Assembly (NCBI GenBank): GCA_963664195.1
Contig: OY760907.1
Location: forward strand, 2,240,001-2,304,000
Length of the DNA: 64,000 bases
Source: an uncultured candidate division Zixibacteria bacterium
GTDB lineage: Bacteria > Zixibacteria > MSB-5A5 > GN15 > FEB-12
Direction of reading: 5' to 3'
Shown: positions 7,435 to 17,348 of the stretch, in pieces
Layout: every line of letters begins with the position of its first letter
Numbering within the stretch: position 1 is the first letter of the stretch
Program-made: the position numbers and the translations under genes
Notes under the pieces: generated by a model
Databases searched by the model: none
Told to the model about the DNA's origin: nothing
The model's input: only the letters and a program-made list of their open reading frames with translations

Positions 7435-9894
7435 ATGTGTGACACCGAAGTAACAATTGACGGTGCGGCATCAACAAGCTCTGGCGGGGACCGCGAGATT
7501 CGAGCCACCGGCGAGGTGACGGTCGAGATATTCCGATACAACTATGTCTACTACGACAGTCTGGGCGACAATCTCGCCGAGGGCGCCCTCGCCTGGATTG
7601 GACGGGCGTTGTCTCCCGCGCAGGGGGATTTCACTCCGGTTTCGCCCGCCCACGGCAACGCTCTGCCACAGCTTCTGGCATTGTTCAATGCCGACAGCAT
7701 CGGCTGGGTACCGCGTGACTGCCGTCAGTACGTCTCACGCGCGCAGTATGACTCCCCCGACCCCGAATCGCCCAACCCTAATTACATCTACCTGCTCAAC
7801 AACGAGACCGGCCAGATAACTGAAATCGAGTATATAGCGCCGAGTGAGTGGAATGCGGACATTTTCGAGGATGACGGCGACGGCTGGGAAGCGGTCGACA
7901 CAAGGGGCTCGCGGTCGGGCTATTTCCGGGTCAATCTGAATCATGTCGAACAGATTTTTGCAATAGCTTTCCCGGAAAGGGTGTTGCCGGAAACGGTTTT
8001 TGATATATTCAGCCATGGTGCCACGCGTGATCTGTGCCGGATTCGGTTGGCGAGCAATCCGCACGGTGCCGACCGTCGCCTGTTGATATTTGATCCCGCC
8101 CATATCGTAAAAAACGCCGCGAGGATCATTGCCTCTCACGCCCGATTTATGCGATTGGTGGACGCAAACACATCGTCCGACAGTCTGGGACGCACAAATC
8201 CCCGGCAAGAGCTAATGCGAACCCAGGGTATTCTCGCGGCTCTCTGCCACCAACTGGTTGAGGCTGACAGCGGCAATGCCTCTTACATTACGCGCAGCGA
8301 GCTGGACCCGGCCTTTCAGCGATATGCGAATTTCAGCCAGCGGCGAGCGCTGTTTTTCGACAACATGTACAATTTCCTGCGCCATGCGATCATGCGAAAT
8401 GTCCAGCGCAGATTGATGACTTATGTCGATGATGATGCCCGGCCCGAAGGAGCGATCTGGCTGCGAATCATCGCGCCAATGGCCGAAATCATGGGTGAGC
8501 ATCAGTTGATGATGCGCTATTTCGAGCAGGAATCGGGCGAACCGGCAACCGAAAGCGCGTGGAGCGCTTTCTATGCTGATGCACTCCGAGCTGCGAGCAG
8601 GGAACCCTCCGCTTCGGTCCGGGTGTGGACGCAGGTCACGGGATCGGGAGACTATGTGAAGCTCGTGTTGGGATCAGCGGAGTTGTCATCGTTCACGTTG
8701 GTGCAGGATTATGTCCGACGCGGCTCACGGGTGAGTTGGGACGATTTCTCCAGTCAGCTCGATGATACTGAAAACAACCTCCAGCATTTCTCCAGAGCCG
8801 CACGGCTGACCGGCCAATTCGCTCGCAGGATGCGCCAGGTTCCAAGAATCGTCACTCACGCTAAAGCGTTTGGTCGCCTTCGTGCGATAACGACCGGCGA
8901 GGGCGGGTTGTCCGACTACTCGGCGGTAGTTGCGGCGATTGAGACCGAGGTTGCCCGCCGCGGCGCCAAAGGGCTGGCACTCAGGTTGACGGCGATCAAA
9001 AACACACTCGACTTGTACGCCAATATCGGAGATCTGGATAGCTGTCTGCGGGTGGACGATTATGACGCGGCTTTCGGCTATTCTGTGGCCATAGGCGCCG
9101 GCTTGGTGGAGATCGGCTATCTGGCCGTTTTTGGTGTTGCGTTGACCGGGCCTGCCGCAGTCGTTGTCACTTTGGTGGGAGCTATTGCCGCCATTTACGC
9201 CTCCACCCAGCGAGACTCCACCGTCCAGCAGTTCCTTCAGCGAAGTTCCTACGGTACCGATCCCGGCGGAAGTTTCAGCGACCCGCCATCCTGGGTTGAC
9301 GGCCCCTCGCGGCAATGGATATCCAGTGCGGGCGACGGCCGTCTGATCGGTCCGACCGCGTCCCTTCGCGTACAGAAGCAAGCCTTACAGCTACAACTCA
9401 ATAGCCTGGTCAATCTGTTGCATGAGTTCAAGGTCAAGCATATCCATACTACTGCCAGTCATGTGATCGAGATAGAGATAGAGACCAAGTTCCTGCCGGA
9501 GAACGCAAAGTGGGAGTTCCACGGGGTCCTCGGCGATGCAAGGGGAAGCAGTCTGTGCACGGTAGATTTCACGCTCGACGGTGGTCGAATGCGGACGAGA
9601 GTCAGTAATGAAAGGCATGTCAACCGGGCTATTAGCTGCCGGATTCACCGGGATACGCGACAGAGAAAACACACCGTAACTTTCAATCTCGGCCATGTCA
9701 GCGACTCTGTTCGCACGGGTGAAGGCTGGTTGCGCTGTTTTCCGTTCGGCCACGACGAATTCGTGGTGCCGTGCCGGGGGACATCCGGCTCAGGTCTGAC
9801 CAACTGCGTTCATCTGGAACAACTTGGCGAACCCTCGATTACCAGACGGGAGTGCCCGTTCCATTCGCGTCATTGGGCGAGTTGGCCGGGCTGA
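7435..9894 (+). CDS. Putative membrane-active (VasX/BTH_I2691-like) T6SS effector
   Basis: 819 aa with no signal peptide. Ala/Gly-rich hydrophobic hairpin 'AAFGYSVAIGAGLVEIGYLAVFGVALTGPAAVVVTLVGAIAAIYA' followed by 'RDSTVQQFLQRSSYG'. Last gene of the cargo cassette. Confidence 0.55.
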   Translation: MCDTEVTIDGAASTSSGGDREIRATGEVTVEIFRYNYVYYDSLGDNLAEGALAWIGRALSPAQGDFTPVSPAHGNALPQLLALFNADSIGWVPRDCRQYVSRAQYDSPDPESPNPNYIYLLNNETGQITEIEYIAPSEWNADIFEDDGDGWEAVDTRGSRSGYFRVNLNHVEQIFAIAFPERVLPETVFDIFSHGATRDLCRIRLASNPHGADRRLLIFDPAHIVKNAARIIASHARFMRLVDANTSSDSLGRTNPRQELMRTQGILAALCHQLVEADSGNASYITRSELDPAFQRYANFSQRRALFFDNMYNFLRHAIMRNVQRRLMTYVDDDARPEGAIWLRIIAPMAEIMGEHQLMMRYFEQESGEPATESAWSAFYADALRAASREPSASVRVWTQVTGSGDYVKLVLGSAELSSFTLVQDYVRRGSRVSWDDFSSQLDDTENNLQHFSRAARLTGQFARRMRQVPRIVTHAKAFGRLRAITTGEGGLSDYSAVVAAIETEVARRGAKGLALRLTAIKNTLDLYANIGDLDSCLRVDDYDAAFGYSVAIGAGLVEIGYLAVFGVALTGPAAVVVTLVGAIAAIYASTQRDSTVQQFLQRSSYGTDPGGSFSDPPSWVDGPSRQWISSAGDGRLIGPTASLRVQKQALQLQLNSLVNLLHEFKVKHIHTTASHVIEIEIETKFLPENAKWEFHGVLGDARGSSLCTVDFTLDGGRMRTRVSNERHVNRAISCRIHRDTRQRKHTVTFNLGHVSDSVRTGEGWLRCFPFGHDEFVVPCRGTSGSGLTNCVHLEQLGEPSITRRECPFHSRHWASWPG

Positions 9895-10107
9895 TCGGGG
9901 GGAGTTGTTGACGGTGCTTGAAGCCGCACAGATGAAGGGATTTCAACGTTAGCAGAACCGTTTTTTTTCTTGTGACCGTCCAGCAGGTATGCTAGACTTA
10001 CTTTGGACACTGAGTACAGGCCGGTTTATGATTCTATCGTGCCGGTGATACAGACCCAATATAGACTTTTCGACGCTGCATACGACAAAGGAATCCGGTA
10101 GGCAAAT

Positions 10108-11583
10108 ATGGATATTGCCAGTTTCTCATCCGATGCTCGTGCCGTAATCAAGAATGCCCGGGGGGTGGCGACCGCTTTTCGCCACGCCGAGATTGAAATC
10201 GAACATCTGCTGATGGCCGTGGTACGCCACGAAGGTTCACAGGTGGAATCGATCCTCAATCAGCTTGGCCAGAGCCAGGCCTCGGTCGAAACCATAATCG
10301 GCACTTATCTCAAAGACCAGCCCAGCAGACAATCCGCCCCGGAGAATCCGTCGATTTCACCGGCGGTACAGGACGTGCTCACTCAAGCCGCTGAAGAAAA
10401 AGCGAAGTTGTTCGATACGCTTGTTGAACCGGAGCATATTTTCATCGCCGCATTTGATCCGAAGTCTCGCCTGACGGGATTCGTGCGCGAGAAGCTGGGA
10501 TTCACCAAAGAAGACCTCTACAATGCCATCGCTGACAGCAAATCGGTCGAGGAAATCGCCTCAAGTGTGACCCCCTCGGCCGGAAGCACTGACGGAGAGT
10601 CGACCAGAAAAGAGGTCGCCGGAACGCTTCGCTACTGCGAAGATATCACCAATCGCGCCGCCGCTGGTGAGTTTGACCCGGTAATCGGGCGCGAAACCGA
10701 AGTCCAACAGCTTATCCAGATATTGCTCCGACGCCGCAAAAACAGCCCCGTACTAGTAGGAGGGGCCGGTGTAGGCAAATCGGCGATTGTCGAGGGCTTC
10801 GCGCAGGCGGTGGTCGATGAACAGGTGCCAAAAGTGCTTCGTGGCGTCAAGGTCATGGAACTCGACATGGGTTCGCTTGTCGCCGGTGCCAAATACAAAG
10901 GCGAGTTCGAAGAGAGATTCAAAGGCCTCGTCAGTGAGGTCGTCAAGTCCGGTGGTCGGATTGTGCTCTTCATCGACGAACTTCACACTATCGCCGGAGC
11001 TGGCAACACCGGCGGCGGCATGGATGCTGCCAATCTCATCAAACCGGCGCTTGCACGAGGGCAGATTCGCCTGATCGGTGCCACCACCGAAGAGGAGTAC
11101 ACAAGATATATCGAAAAAGACAAGGCTCTTGATCGACGGTTTGAGAAAGTCAAGGTCGAGCAGCCCGGATTCGACGATGCCGTGCGGATCGTCAGGGGCG
11201 TCTTGCCCAAATACGAAGAGCATCACAAAGTTACGTACACAGATGAAGCAGTCATCGGATCTGTCAAGTACGCAATGCGCTACCTGAGCGAGCGGAATCT
11301 GCCTGATGTGGCCCTCGATGTTGTTGATGAAGCTGCCTCAGAGTTTGCGGTGAAGGAAGAGACTGCGAAAGATCGTATTCCGGAGCTTAAGACAAGCGTC
11401 GCGGAGATCGAGAAGCTGTTCGCGGCCTGTGACGGCAAGACTCCTGAAGATGACGCCACCGCGTTTGAAGCAGTCAGCGATGCCTGCGATGAATTCTCGC
11501 GGGGGGTGGCTCGCATGAAGGACTTCTGGGGGCACCGCATGGAAATTGCAGACGCCGACAACAGCGCGGGAGGTGGCAAGTGA
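10108..11583 (+). CDS. clpV: ClpV/TssH-like AAA+ ATPase, N-terminal half (Clp-N repeats + NBD1)
   Basis: 'IEIEHLL' and 'VEPEHIF' Clp-N repeats, 'FDPVIGRE', Walker A GGAGVGKS, Walker B LFIDELH, 'GATT..EY', 'ALDRRF', '[12 protein letters not shown]'. Confidence 0.88.
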   Translation: MDIASFSSDARAVIKNARGVATAFRHAEIEIEHLLMAVVRHEGSQVESILNQLGQSQASVETIIGTYLKDQPSRQSAPENPSISPAVQDVLTQAAEEKAKLFDTLVEPEHIFIAAFDPKSRLTGFVREKLGFTKEDLYNAIADSKSVEEIASSVTPSAGSTDGESTRKEVAGTLRYCEDITNRAAAGEFDPVIGRETEVQQLIQILLRRRKNSPVLVGGAGVGKSAIVEGFAQAVVDEQVPKVLRGVKVMELDMGSLVAGAKYKGEFEERFKGLVSEVVKSGGRIVLFIDELHTIAGAGNTGGGMDAANLIKPALARGQIRLIGATTEEEYTRYIEKDKALDRRFEKVKVEQPGFDDAVRIVRGVLPKYEEHHKVTYTDEAVIGSVKYAMRYLSERNLPDVALDVVDEAASEFAVKEETAKDRIPELKTSVAEIEKLFAACDGKTPEDDATAFEAVSDACDEFSRGVARMKDFWGHRMEIADADNSAGGGK

Positions 11584-12680
11584 GCGCCAGAATCAACCTG
11601 AAGAAACTCCGCGCCGAGTTTGATGAAAACATCGCCACGCTTGAAGCCGTGGGGGCGGTTGTAGATAAGCTGGAACCAGTCATTGACGATCCCGATATCG
11701 CCTCCGTGGTGGCGCGTCGCACCGGCATCCCCGTAACGAAAATGCTCACCGCCGAGAAGGATCGGCTGGTGAATATGGAATCGTATCTTGCCAAGCGCAT
11801 TGTCGGGCAGGAAAACGCGATTAAGGCCATCTGCAACGCAGTCCGCAAGTCGCGCGCTGGACTCAAACTCCCCAACCGGCCCGTTGGGTCGTTCCTGTTC
11901 CTGGGACCAACCGGAACCGGCAAAACCCACCTCCCGAAACTGTTGGCGGAGTTCCTGTTCGACGACAAAAACGCCATGGTGCGGATGGACATGTCCGAAT
12001 TTATGGAGCCACACTCGGTGGCCAAGCTGATCGGCGCCCCTCCGGGGTATGTCGGCTACGAGGCCGGCGGTGTCCTGACCGAGGCTGTGCGTCGCAAACC
12101 ATTCTCTATTGTGCTGTTTGACGAGGTGGAAAAGGCGCATCCTGACGTGTTCAACGTCTTGCTGCAACTCCTCGATGACGGCCGCTTAACCGACGGGCAG
12201 AATCGCACGGTTGATTTTTCCAACACGCTGGTGGTACTGACATCGAACTATGCTGCCGATAAGATTCTTGAGGCGGACAAAGAGGACCGTGAAGTCGATA
12301 TGGACGAAGTCCGGTCTTTCCTGTTTACCAAATTCCGCCCGGAGTTCCTCAACCGGCTGAACGACATTATTGTGTACCACTCGTTTACGCAGGAACAGAT
12401 AGAAAAGATTACGAAATTGGAGTTCGACAATCTGTGCGATCTGTTGAAAGATCAGGAAATAGCCGCCGATCTATCCCCCGCTGCCCAGCACAAGCTGGCT
12501 GTGGACGGCTACACGGTCGAACTGGGCGCACGCCCGATTCAGCGGATTATCGAACAGGAGATCATCAACAAACTCTCGGTGCAGATTATCACCGGAGATG
12601 TGGTCAGCGGTGATCTCGTGACGGTCGATGTCAAGGATGATGAATACGTGTTTGCCACGAGCAAGCCTACAAATGAATAA
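11580..12680 (+). CDS. clpV: ClpV/TssH-like AAA+ ATPase, C-terminal half (NBD2)
   Basis: 'IASVVARRTGIPV', Walker A GPTGTGKT, 'RMDMSEFME', 'GAPPGYVGY', Walker B LFDEVEKAH, 'FRPEFLNR', 'GARP'. GTG start overlaps the upstream TGA and has a GGAGGT RBS. Confidence 0.88.
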   Translation: MSARINLKKLRAEFDENIATLEAVGAVVDKLEPVIDDPDIASVVARRTGIPVTKMLTAEKDRLVNMESYLAKRIVGQENAIKAICNAVRKSRAGLKLPNRPVGSFLFLGPTGTGKTHLPKLLAEFLFDDKNAMVRMDMSEFMEPHSVAKLIGAPPGYVGYEAGGVLTEAVRRKPFSIVLFDEVEKAHPDVFNVLLQLLDDGRLTDGQNRTVDFSNTLVVLTSNYAADKILEADKEDREVDMDEVRSFLFTKFRPEFLNRLNDIIVYHSFTQEQIEKITKLEFDNLCDLLKDQEIAADLSPAAQHKLAVDGYTVELGARPIQRIIEQEIINKLSVQIITGDVVSGDLVTVDVKDDEYVFATSKPTNE

Positions 12681-12708
12681 CAAGTGTTTCTGAGATACGG
12701 AGGAGCCA

Positions 12709-13149
12709 ATGGCGAAGTTTATTCTCGGTGCGACAGAGAAAGTTGCACGTGATGACAGTATCCCGGTGGAACTGCTCCCCTCGAACAAGACTCTTTACGC
12801 GGCCAAACTCAACAATGACGAGGACGCTGAGGTGGCGCCGGTCCGGTGCAACAACCTCAAAGAGGTGTTTGAGAAATTCCGACCGAACTTCTCGGTCGAG
12901 TTGGAGTCTACCGAAGGCGAACAGGTCAACGCGGATTTTGAAATTCGCGCAATGAAGGATTTCACGTCCAAGGAGTTGATCGAAAACGATGACTATCTCT
13001 CCAAGGTGTACTACGGAAAGGAAATTCTTTCCGACCTGGAGAAGCAGCTCAAGAAGAACAACGCGTTGAAGAAGACACTGTCGGACAAAGAGAAAAAAGA
13101 AGCTCTGCTGAAGGTCGCGAAGTATTACATCGACCTGCTGAGCGAGTGA
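12709..13149 (+). CDS. tssB: T6SS contractile sheath small subunit TssB (Bacteroidota/T6SS-iii type)
   Basis: 146 aa 'NKTLYAAKL..EVFEKFRPNFSVELESTEG..DF..KQLKKNNALKK' matches the pattern I recall for Bacteroidota TssB. Directly before the large sheath subunit. Confidence 0.85.
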   Translation: MAKFILGATEKVARDDSIPVELLPSNKTLYAAKLNNDEDAEVAPVRCNNLKEVFEKFRPNFSVELESTEGEQVNADFEIRAMKDFTSKELIENDDYLSKVYYGKEILSDLEKQLKKNNALKKTLSDKEKKEALLKVAKYYIDLLSE

Positions 13150-13166
13150 TACAGGAGTAAACTGTC

Positions 13167-14591
13167 ATGGCTGAAGAAGAAAAAAACGAAATGCAGCCGG
13201 AAGCCGCTGCCGCCCAGCCCGAAGCTGCCGCTGCTGCAGAGGTGATATCCGATGACGAGTTTGCTTCCCTGCTAAGTGACTCGTTTGGCGATTATAAGAA
13301 ATTGGCCGCCCTGATGCCGTCGTTCAAAACCGCCGAGGGCGATCTTGTCCGCGGAGTGGAATGGCTCGATCCCAAAAAAGATTTCCAGCGCAAGGAATTC
13401 CTCAACAAGAAGGATTTTGCCGGTCAGCGCAAACTGCTCAAGCAGCGCCTGCAAACGTGGGTCGAAGCACTCGAAGGTAACGCCGATCTCGATGCCGTTC
13501 GCAAAGATCTCAACGAAAAAGCGGTCAAACTCGAGGCCAATCTCGACAAGAATATGAAGAAGGTGCACCGCGCCTCCCGTGAAATAGAAACCACCTACCG
13601 CGCGATTGACAAGTTCTTCCAGAATGCCCAGCAGGAGCCGGACGAAAAGGTCAACGCCTGGTTTGCCAACGTTGGTGCCGAAGAACTGACCGATCCGGAT
13701 GATCGAGACAAGTTCGAAGCACTCACCAAGGCAATTGCCGACCTGTACCGCGAGTGGAGCATCAAAGATTGCTTCGCCGTGGCCGTGGTGCCGGGCTATC
13801 TCGGCAGTGTGGAGAACATCGATACGTTTGGACGCCAGCTTGGACTGCCCAACAAGGTTCATGTGATGACCGATCTTCCGAACTTCGAAAGTGTAGAAGA
13901 AGTCATGGACATGCTCGATGATCCCTCATACGCCAACCTGCCTGGTATCGACAACTACAAGCAGTACGTCTCTGTATTCGCCAACTACGTCATGGCGCGT
14001 GAGGCCAACCAGTACGAGGACGAAGACGTCTGGATTCCCCCGTCAGCGGCGGTTGCCGGCAAAATGTACCAGGGCGATGTAACGGTGGGAATGCAGCAGC
14101 CAATGGCCGGCTTCAAGCACGGCAAGATTGCCGATGCGAAGTATCTCCGGTTCAAGGCCAACCAGCCGGATGCTTCGAAGATCAACGAAAAGGGTGTCAA
14201 CCCGATGGTTTCGTTCGAGGGTACGGCGGTGTCGATGGGCGCTGCGACGCTCTTCAGCAAAGAGACGTTTGACGTCTACTCGATTCGTCGCACGTACGAC
14301 TACGTGTATAAGACGCTGCGTAATTACTTGAACAAGCAGACCTTCAGCGTCATCGACCAGAAATTCGTCGACACAATGCGTCGTGATATTGACAAATTCA
14401 TGAAGGCTATTTCCGGCGGTGACAACATCCTGCAGGACTACAAGGTCGAGATATTCGCCGACGACGAGATGCGCAAACGCCAGGAAATCGACATCAAGGT
14501 CGCCTTGAACCCGAAATATCCGGCCCGCACGTTTAATATCGAATTCACCGCCTGGAATGACAACGATCAGACAGGTGTGAAAGATAAGTAG
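13167..14591 (+). CDS. tssC: T6SS contractile sheath large subunit TssC (DUF5458-like, T6SS-iii type)
   Basis: 'EIETTYRAIDKFF.NA', 'VVPGYLGS', 'WIPPSAAVAGK', 'QPMAGFKHG', 'TLF..YSIRRTYDYV.K' and 'PKYPARTF' sheath motifs. Confidence 0.87.
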   Translation: MAEEEKNEMQPEAAAAQPEAAAAAEVISDDEFASLLSDSFGDYKKLAALMPSFKTAEGDLVRGVEWLDPKKDFQRKEFLNKKDFAGQRKLLKQRLQTWVEALEGNADLDAVRKDLNEKAVKLEANLDKNMKKVHRASREIETTYRAIDKFFQNAQQEPDEKVNAWFANVGAEELTDPDDRDKFEALTKAIADLYREWSIKDCFAVAVVPGYLGSVENIDTFGRQLGLPNKVHVMTDLPNFESVEEVMDMLDDPSYANLPGIDNYKQYVSVFANYVMAREANQYEDEDVWIPPSAAVAGKMYQGDVTVGMQQPMAGFKHGKIADAKYLRFKANQPDASKINEKGVNPMVSFEGTAVSMGAATLFSKETFDVYSIRRTYDYVYKTLRNYLNKQTFSVIDQKFVDTMRRDIDKFMKAISGGDNILQDYKVEIFADDEMRKRQEIDIKVALNPKYPARTFNIEFTAWNDNDQTGVKDK

Positions 14592-14661
14592 CAGTTTAGC
14601 CGTTTTGAAACATAGGATACGTTAACTGATAACTGATTTCTGTTGAATAAGGAGACGCAAA

Positions 14662-15066
14662 ATGGCACGCAGACCAACTTTGGAAATCGATGGCGTCGTG
14701 TACAAGAATGTCTATTCCGTTTCGTACGGACTGTACACGGCGAAGGATGAAACAGGACGCCCGTCGGATCGCGCCCACGCCGGTGTGGTCAAGATCATGC
14801 GCGAGTCAGACGAGAACGCTGATATTGCCCGTTGGGCGATGGATTCCAGCAAGCCGAACTGGAAGGCCGGCAAGGTCACACTGAAGAATCCCGATGATGC
14901 AACGATGAAAGAACTCTCCTGGGAGGAAGGTTTCATCACGTGTTACGAGGAGACTGTTCCGCACATCAAGAACAACCCCGATGAGCAGATCTCGGAATAC
15001 TTCGAAATCTCCTGTCACAAACTGGTGATTGCCGATGCTGAAATCGACAATCGTTGGGAAGAATAG
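14662..15066 (+). CDS. tssD: T6SS inner tube protein TssD (Hcp, Bacteroidota type)
   Basis: 134 aa 'DETGRPS..AGVVKIMRES..W..K.GKVTL..MKELSWEEGFITCYEE..FEISC..IDNRW'. Confidence 0.88.
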   Translation: MARRPTLEIDGVVYKNVYSVSYGLYTAKDETGRPSDRAHAGVVKIMRESDENADIARWAMDSSKPNWKAGKVTLKNPDDATMKELSWEEGFITCYEETVPHIKNNPDEQISEYFEISCHKLVIADAEIDNRWEE

Positions 15067-15083
15067 ACGAGCTTGTGTGATTG

Positions 15084-15114
15084 ACCGGGTGAGCCTGATG
15101 GCGGCTCGCCCGGT
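15084..15114 (+). terminator. Strong hairpin after hcp (weak terminator or mRNA-stabilising stem)
   Basis: 12-bp stem accgggtgagcc/ggctcgcccggt (one G-U pair), 7-nt loop, poor U-tract. Confidence 0.5.
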
Positions 15115-15160
15115 TCTGTGAGACAATGCAGTAGCAAAGGTATAGCACAGGAAACAGGAT

Positions 15161-16933
15161 ATGGACATAAGCCGCAACCGACAGCGACAGAATATTGAGA
15201 GGGAACCGCAGGGCCAGACTCAAGCTGCTGATCCCGGTGCGTGGAAACTGAGTACGTCAGCTGAGGTTGTGGTTCGCATTGCCGGTAAGGAAATCAGCCA
15301 TCAGATAGACGGCATCGTCCTTGAGCAATCGGTGGACAACCACCACAAACTCACTGTGCGAATCGCACAGGCTGAAGCTTCGATTTCCGATGAGGCCTTT
15401 TCTAACCTGCAGGATTACACCGGCTTTCTCGGTGAGTCGGTTTCGCTGACCATTGAGCCGACCGGCGGAATAGTAGACTCAAGCCGCCAGCTGGCCTTCT
15501 CCGGCATCGTGACCGAGGTGCGGCTCGACAACAGTATCGACTTCCTCAACAAAGTTACAGTGGTTGCCTCAAGCCCGACGATCGCGCTGGATGGCGGTCG
15601 CAACAACCGTTTTCACAAGGACGTCAGGGCGAGCGACGCGATGGCGGCCACACTCAACAAGTACCAAATCACTGTCGGCAAGGTGGAGACCACGGACCGG
15701 GTGATGTCCTTCTGCGCTCAATACCACGAGACAGATTACGAGTTTGTAATGCGCCTGGCCGCGGCGAACGGCCTGTTTGCCTGCTACGACGGAGAGGAAT
15801 TCAGCATCTGCAAGCCCTCCGCCTCCGATCAGGAGGAACTGGTTTGGCGTGAATCGCTGGGCGCTTTTGTTTTGGGCCTGGGAACGCAGTCGCAGGAATT
15901 CAATGCCGCCGTGTACAACTACGAATTGCCGGATACGTTCGATCGTGACTCCGGCTCGTTGCCGATGCAGGCTGCCCTGTCGAATCTGTCGAGACTGTCG
16001 CCGGATGCCTCAAAAAAAATATACACCGAGTCGGGATTCTCGACATCGGTCAATTCCGTGGCAGATATGCAGTCCCTGGACAAAGTGCTCGGACAAGATC
16101 GAAGTCGCGCGATGGGACGAATGATCCGTGCGACAGGGGAGTCCGATATCCCGGCTGTGAAGGTAGGTCATTGCGTCAAAATATCCGGGATGGCAGAGCT
16201 CAACGCTTCTTACTGGGTGGAGAAGATCACGCACACGTTTGACGAGAGCGGCTATCATAACGAGTTTGAGTGCACGCCGGTCGATATGGCTTTCCCTCAA
16301 TCGAGACCTTCCACGGGAGGTTTTGCCAGATTACAGAGTGCAACGGTCGTTGACAACAAGGACCCGGATCAACTCGGCCGTGTCAAAGTCACATTCCCCT
16401 GGAGCAAATCAGAGGATACGCTGTGGATTCGGCTGGCCACACCGCATGCGGGCGAAGAACGTGGCTGGTATTCGGTGCCGGAGATCGACGACGAGGTCCT
16501 GGTGGGCTTTGAACACGGCTCTGCGTCGTGTCCGGTCGCGCTCGGCGCGTTGTATAACGCCAAAAGCAAGCCTGCGGCGGATGCGCCCGACGATGACAAC
16601 AACATCAAGTCGTTTGTCTCCCGCAGCGGCAACCAGATCGTGTTCTCCGACGCGGACGGTTCCGAGGAAATCCGTATCGTGACCAAAGACCAGAAAAACC
16701 AGATTGTTATGAAAGTTGACGGTCCCACGATCTCGATCATATGCGATGGCGGTGATATCAGCCTCCAGGGCAACAACATTATATTTGAGGCTGACCAGGC
16801 GATTGAGTTCAAGGCCGGGACTGACCTGAAGATGGAAGGCTCCGCGAATGTCGAGACCAAAGCAGGCGCCAACTACAAGATTGAAGGCGGCGCGCAGGTT
16901 GAAGTCAAAGGCGGCATGATTAAGCTGAATTAG
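15161..16933 (+). CDS. vgrG: VgrG spike protein (TssI), no C-terminal effector extension
   Basis: gp27-like part 'QYHETDYEFVMRLA', OB-fold 'DNKDPDQLGRVKVTFPW..WIRLATPHAG..GWYSVPEIDDEVLVGF', C-terminal beta-helix ending 'VKGGMIKLN'. Confidence 0.93.
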   Translation: MDISRNRQRQNIEREPQGQTQAADPGAWKLSTSAEVVVRIAGKEISHQIDGIVLEQSVDNHHKLTVRIAQAEASISDEAFSNLQDYTGFLGESVSLTIEPTGGIVDSSRQLAFSGIVTEVRLDNSIDFLNKVTVVASSPTIALDGGRNNRFHKDVRASDAMAATLNKYQITVGKVETTDRVMSFCAQYHETDYEFVMRLAAANGLFACYDGEEFSICKPSASDQEELVWRESLGAFVLGLGTQSQEFNAAVYNYELPDTFDRDSGSLPMQAALSNLSRLSPDASKKIYTESGFSTSVNSVADMQSLDKVLGQDRSRAMGRMIRATGESDIPAVKVGHCVKISGMAELNASYWVEKITHTFDESGYHNEFECTPVDMAFPQSRPSTGGFARLQSATVVDNKDPDQLGRVKVTFPWSKSEDTLWIRLATPHAGEERGWYSVPEIDDEVLVGFEHGSASCPVALGALYNAKSKPAADAPDDDNNIKSFVSRSGNQIVFSDADGSEEIRIVTKDQKNQIVMKVDGPTISIICDGGDISLQGNNIIFEADQAIEFKAGTDLKMEGSANVETKAGANYKIEGGAQVEVKGGMIKLN

Positions 16934-16941
16934 CAGGCGAC

Positions 16942-17316
16942 ATGGAATACCTTACGCTCCCATACAGGCTGAAACATGACTACCTCGGGCGAGGTGATCT
17001 CGAACAGTCGATCAGAGATTCAATCGGTCTGATCCTGAGCACCCGACTCGGCACCATGCCGTTCATGCGGGAGTTCGGGTGCAGTATCTGGGAGAAAGAA
17101 TACTCCGATCTGTTTTCGACCAACAAGTCTGATATTCGTGCCAGTCTTCGCAATGCGGTGGATCAACTCGAGGGACGGCTCTACAATCTTTCAGTGTCGT
17201 TTTCTCCTGATGAACGGGCTGAATCCCACGCGATGGGCATGCATGTGAAAGTAACCGGAACCTTCCGCGACGAAGGCGAGGAAAAGAAATTCGAGGCCGT
17301 CTACCGTCTGGTGTAA
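16942..17316 (+). CDS. tssE: Baseplate gp25-like subunit TssE
   Basis: 'SIRDSIGLILSTRLG..EFGCSIW..E.RL' GPW/gp25 pattern, right after vgrG. Confidence 0.85.
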   Translation: MEYLTLPYRLKHDYLGRGDLEQSIRDSIGLILSTRLGTMPFMREFGCSIWEKEYSDLFSTNKSDIRASLRNAVDQLEGRLYNLSVSFSPDERAESHAMGMHVKVTGTFRDEGEEKKFEAVYRLV

Positions 17317-17348
17317 ACTTGACTGGTCGACAGCCTGAGGAAATAGCA

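Noticed and set aside
9955..9972. Intrinsic terminator after the 819-aa effector gene
   Set aside because: A T-run is present but I could not find a convincing adjacent GC stem.
10108..12680. Housekeeping clpB/clpC pseudogene
   Set aside because: It sits directly before tssB/tssC, has no full ClpB coiled-coil, and the second half has its own strong RBS.
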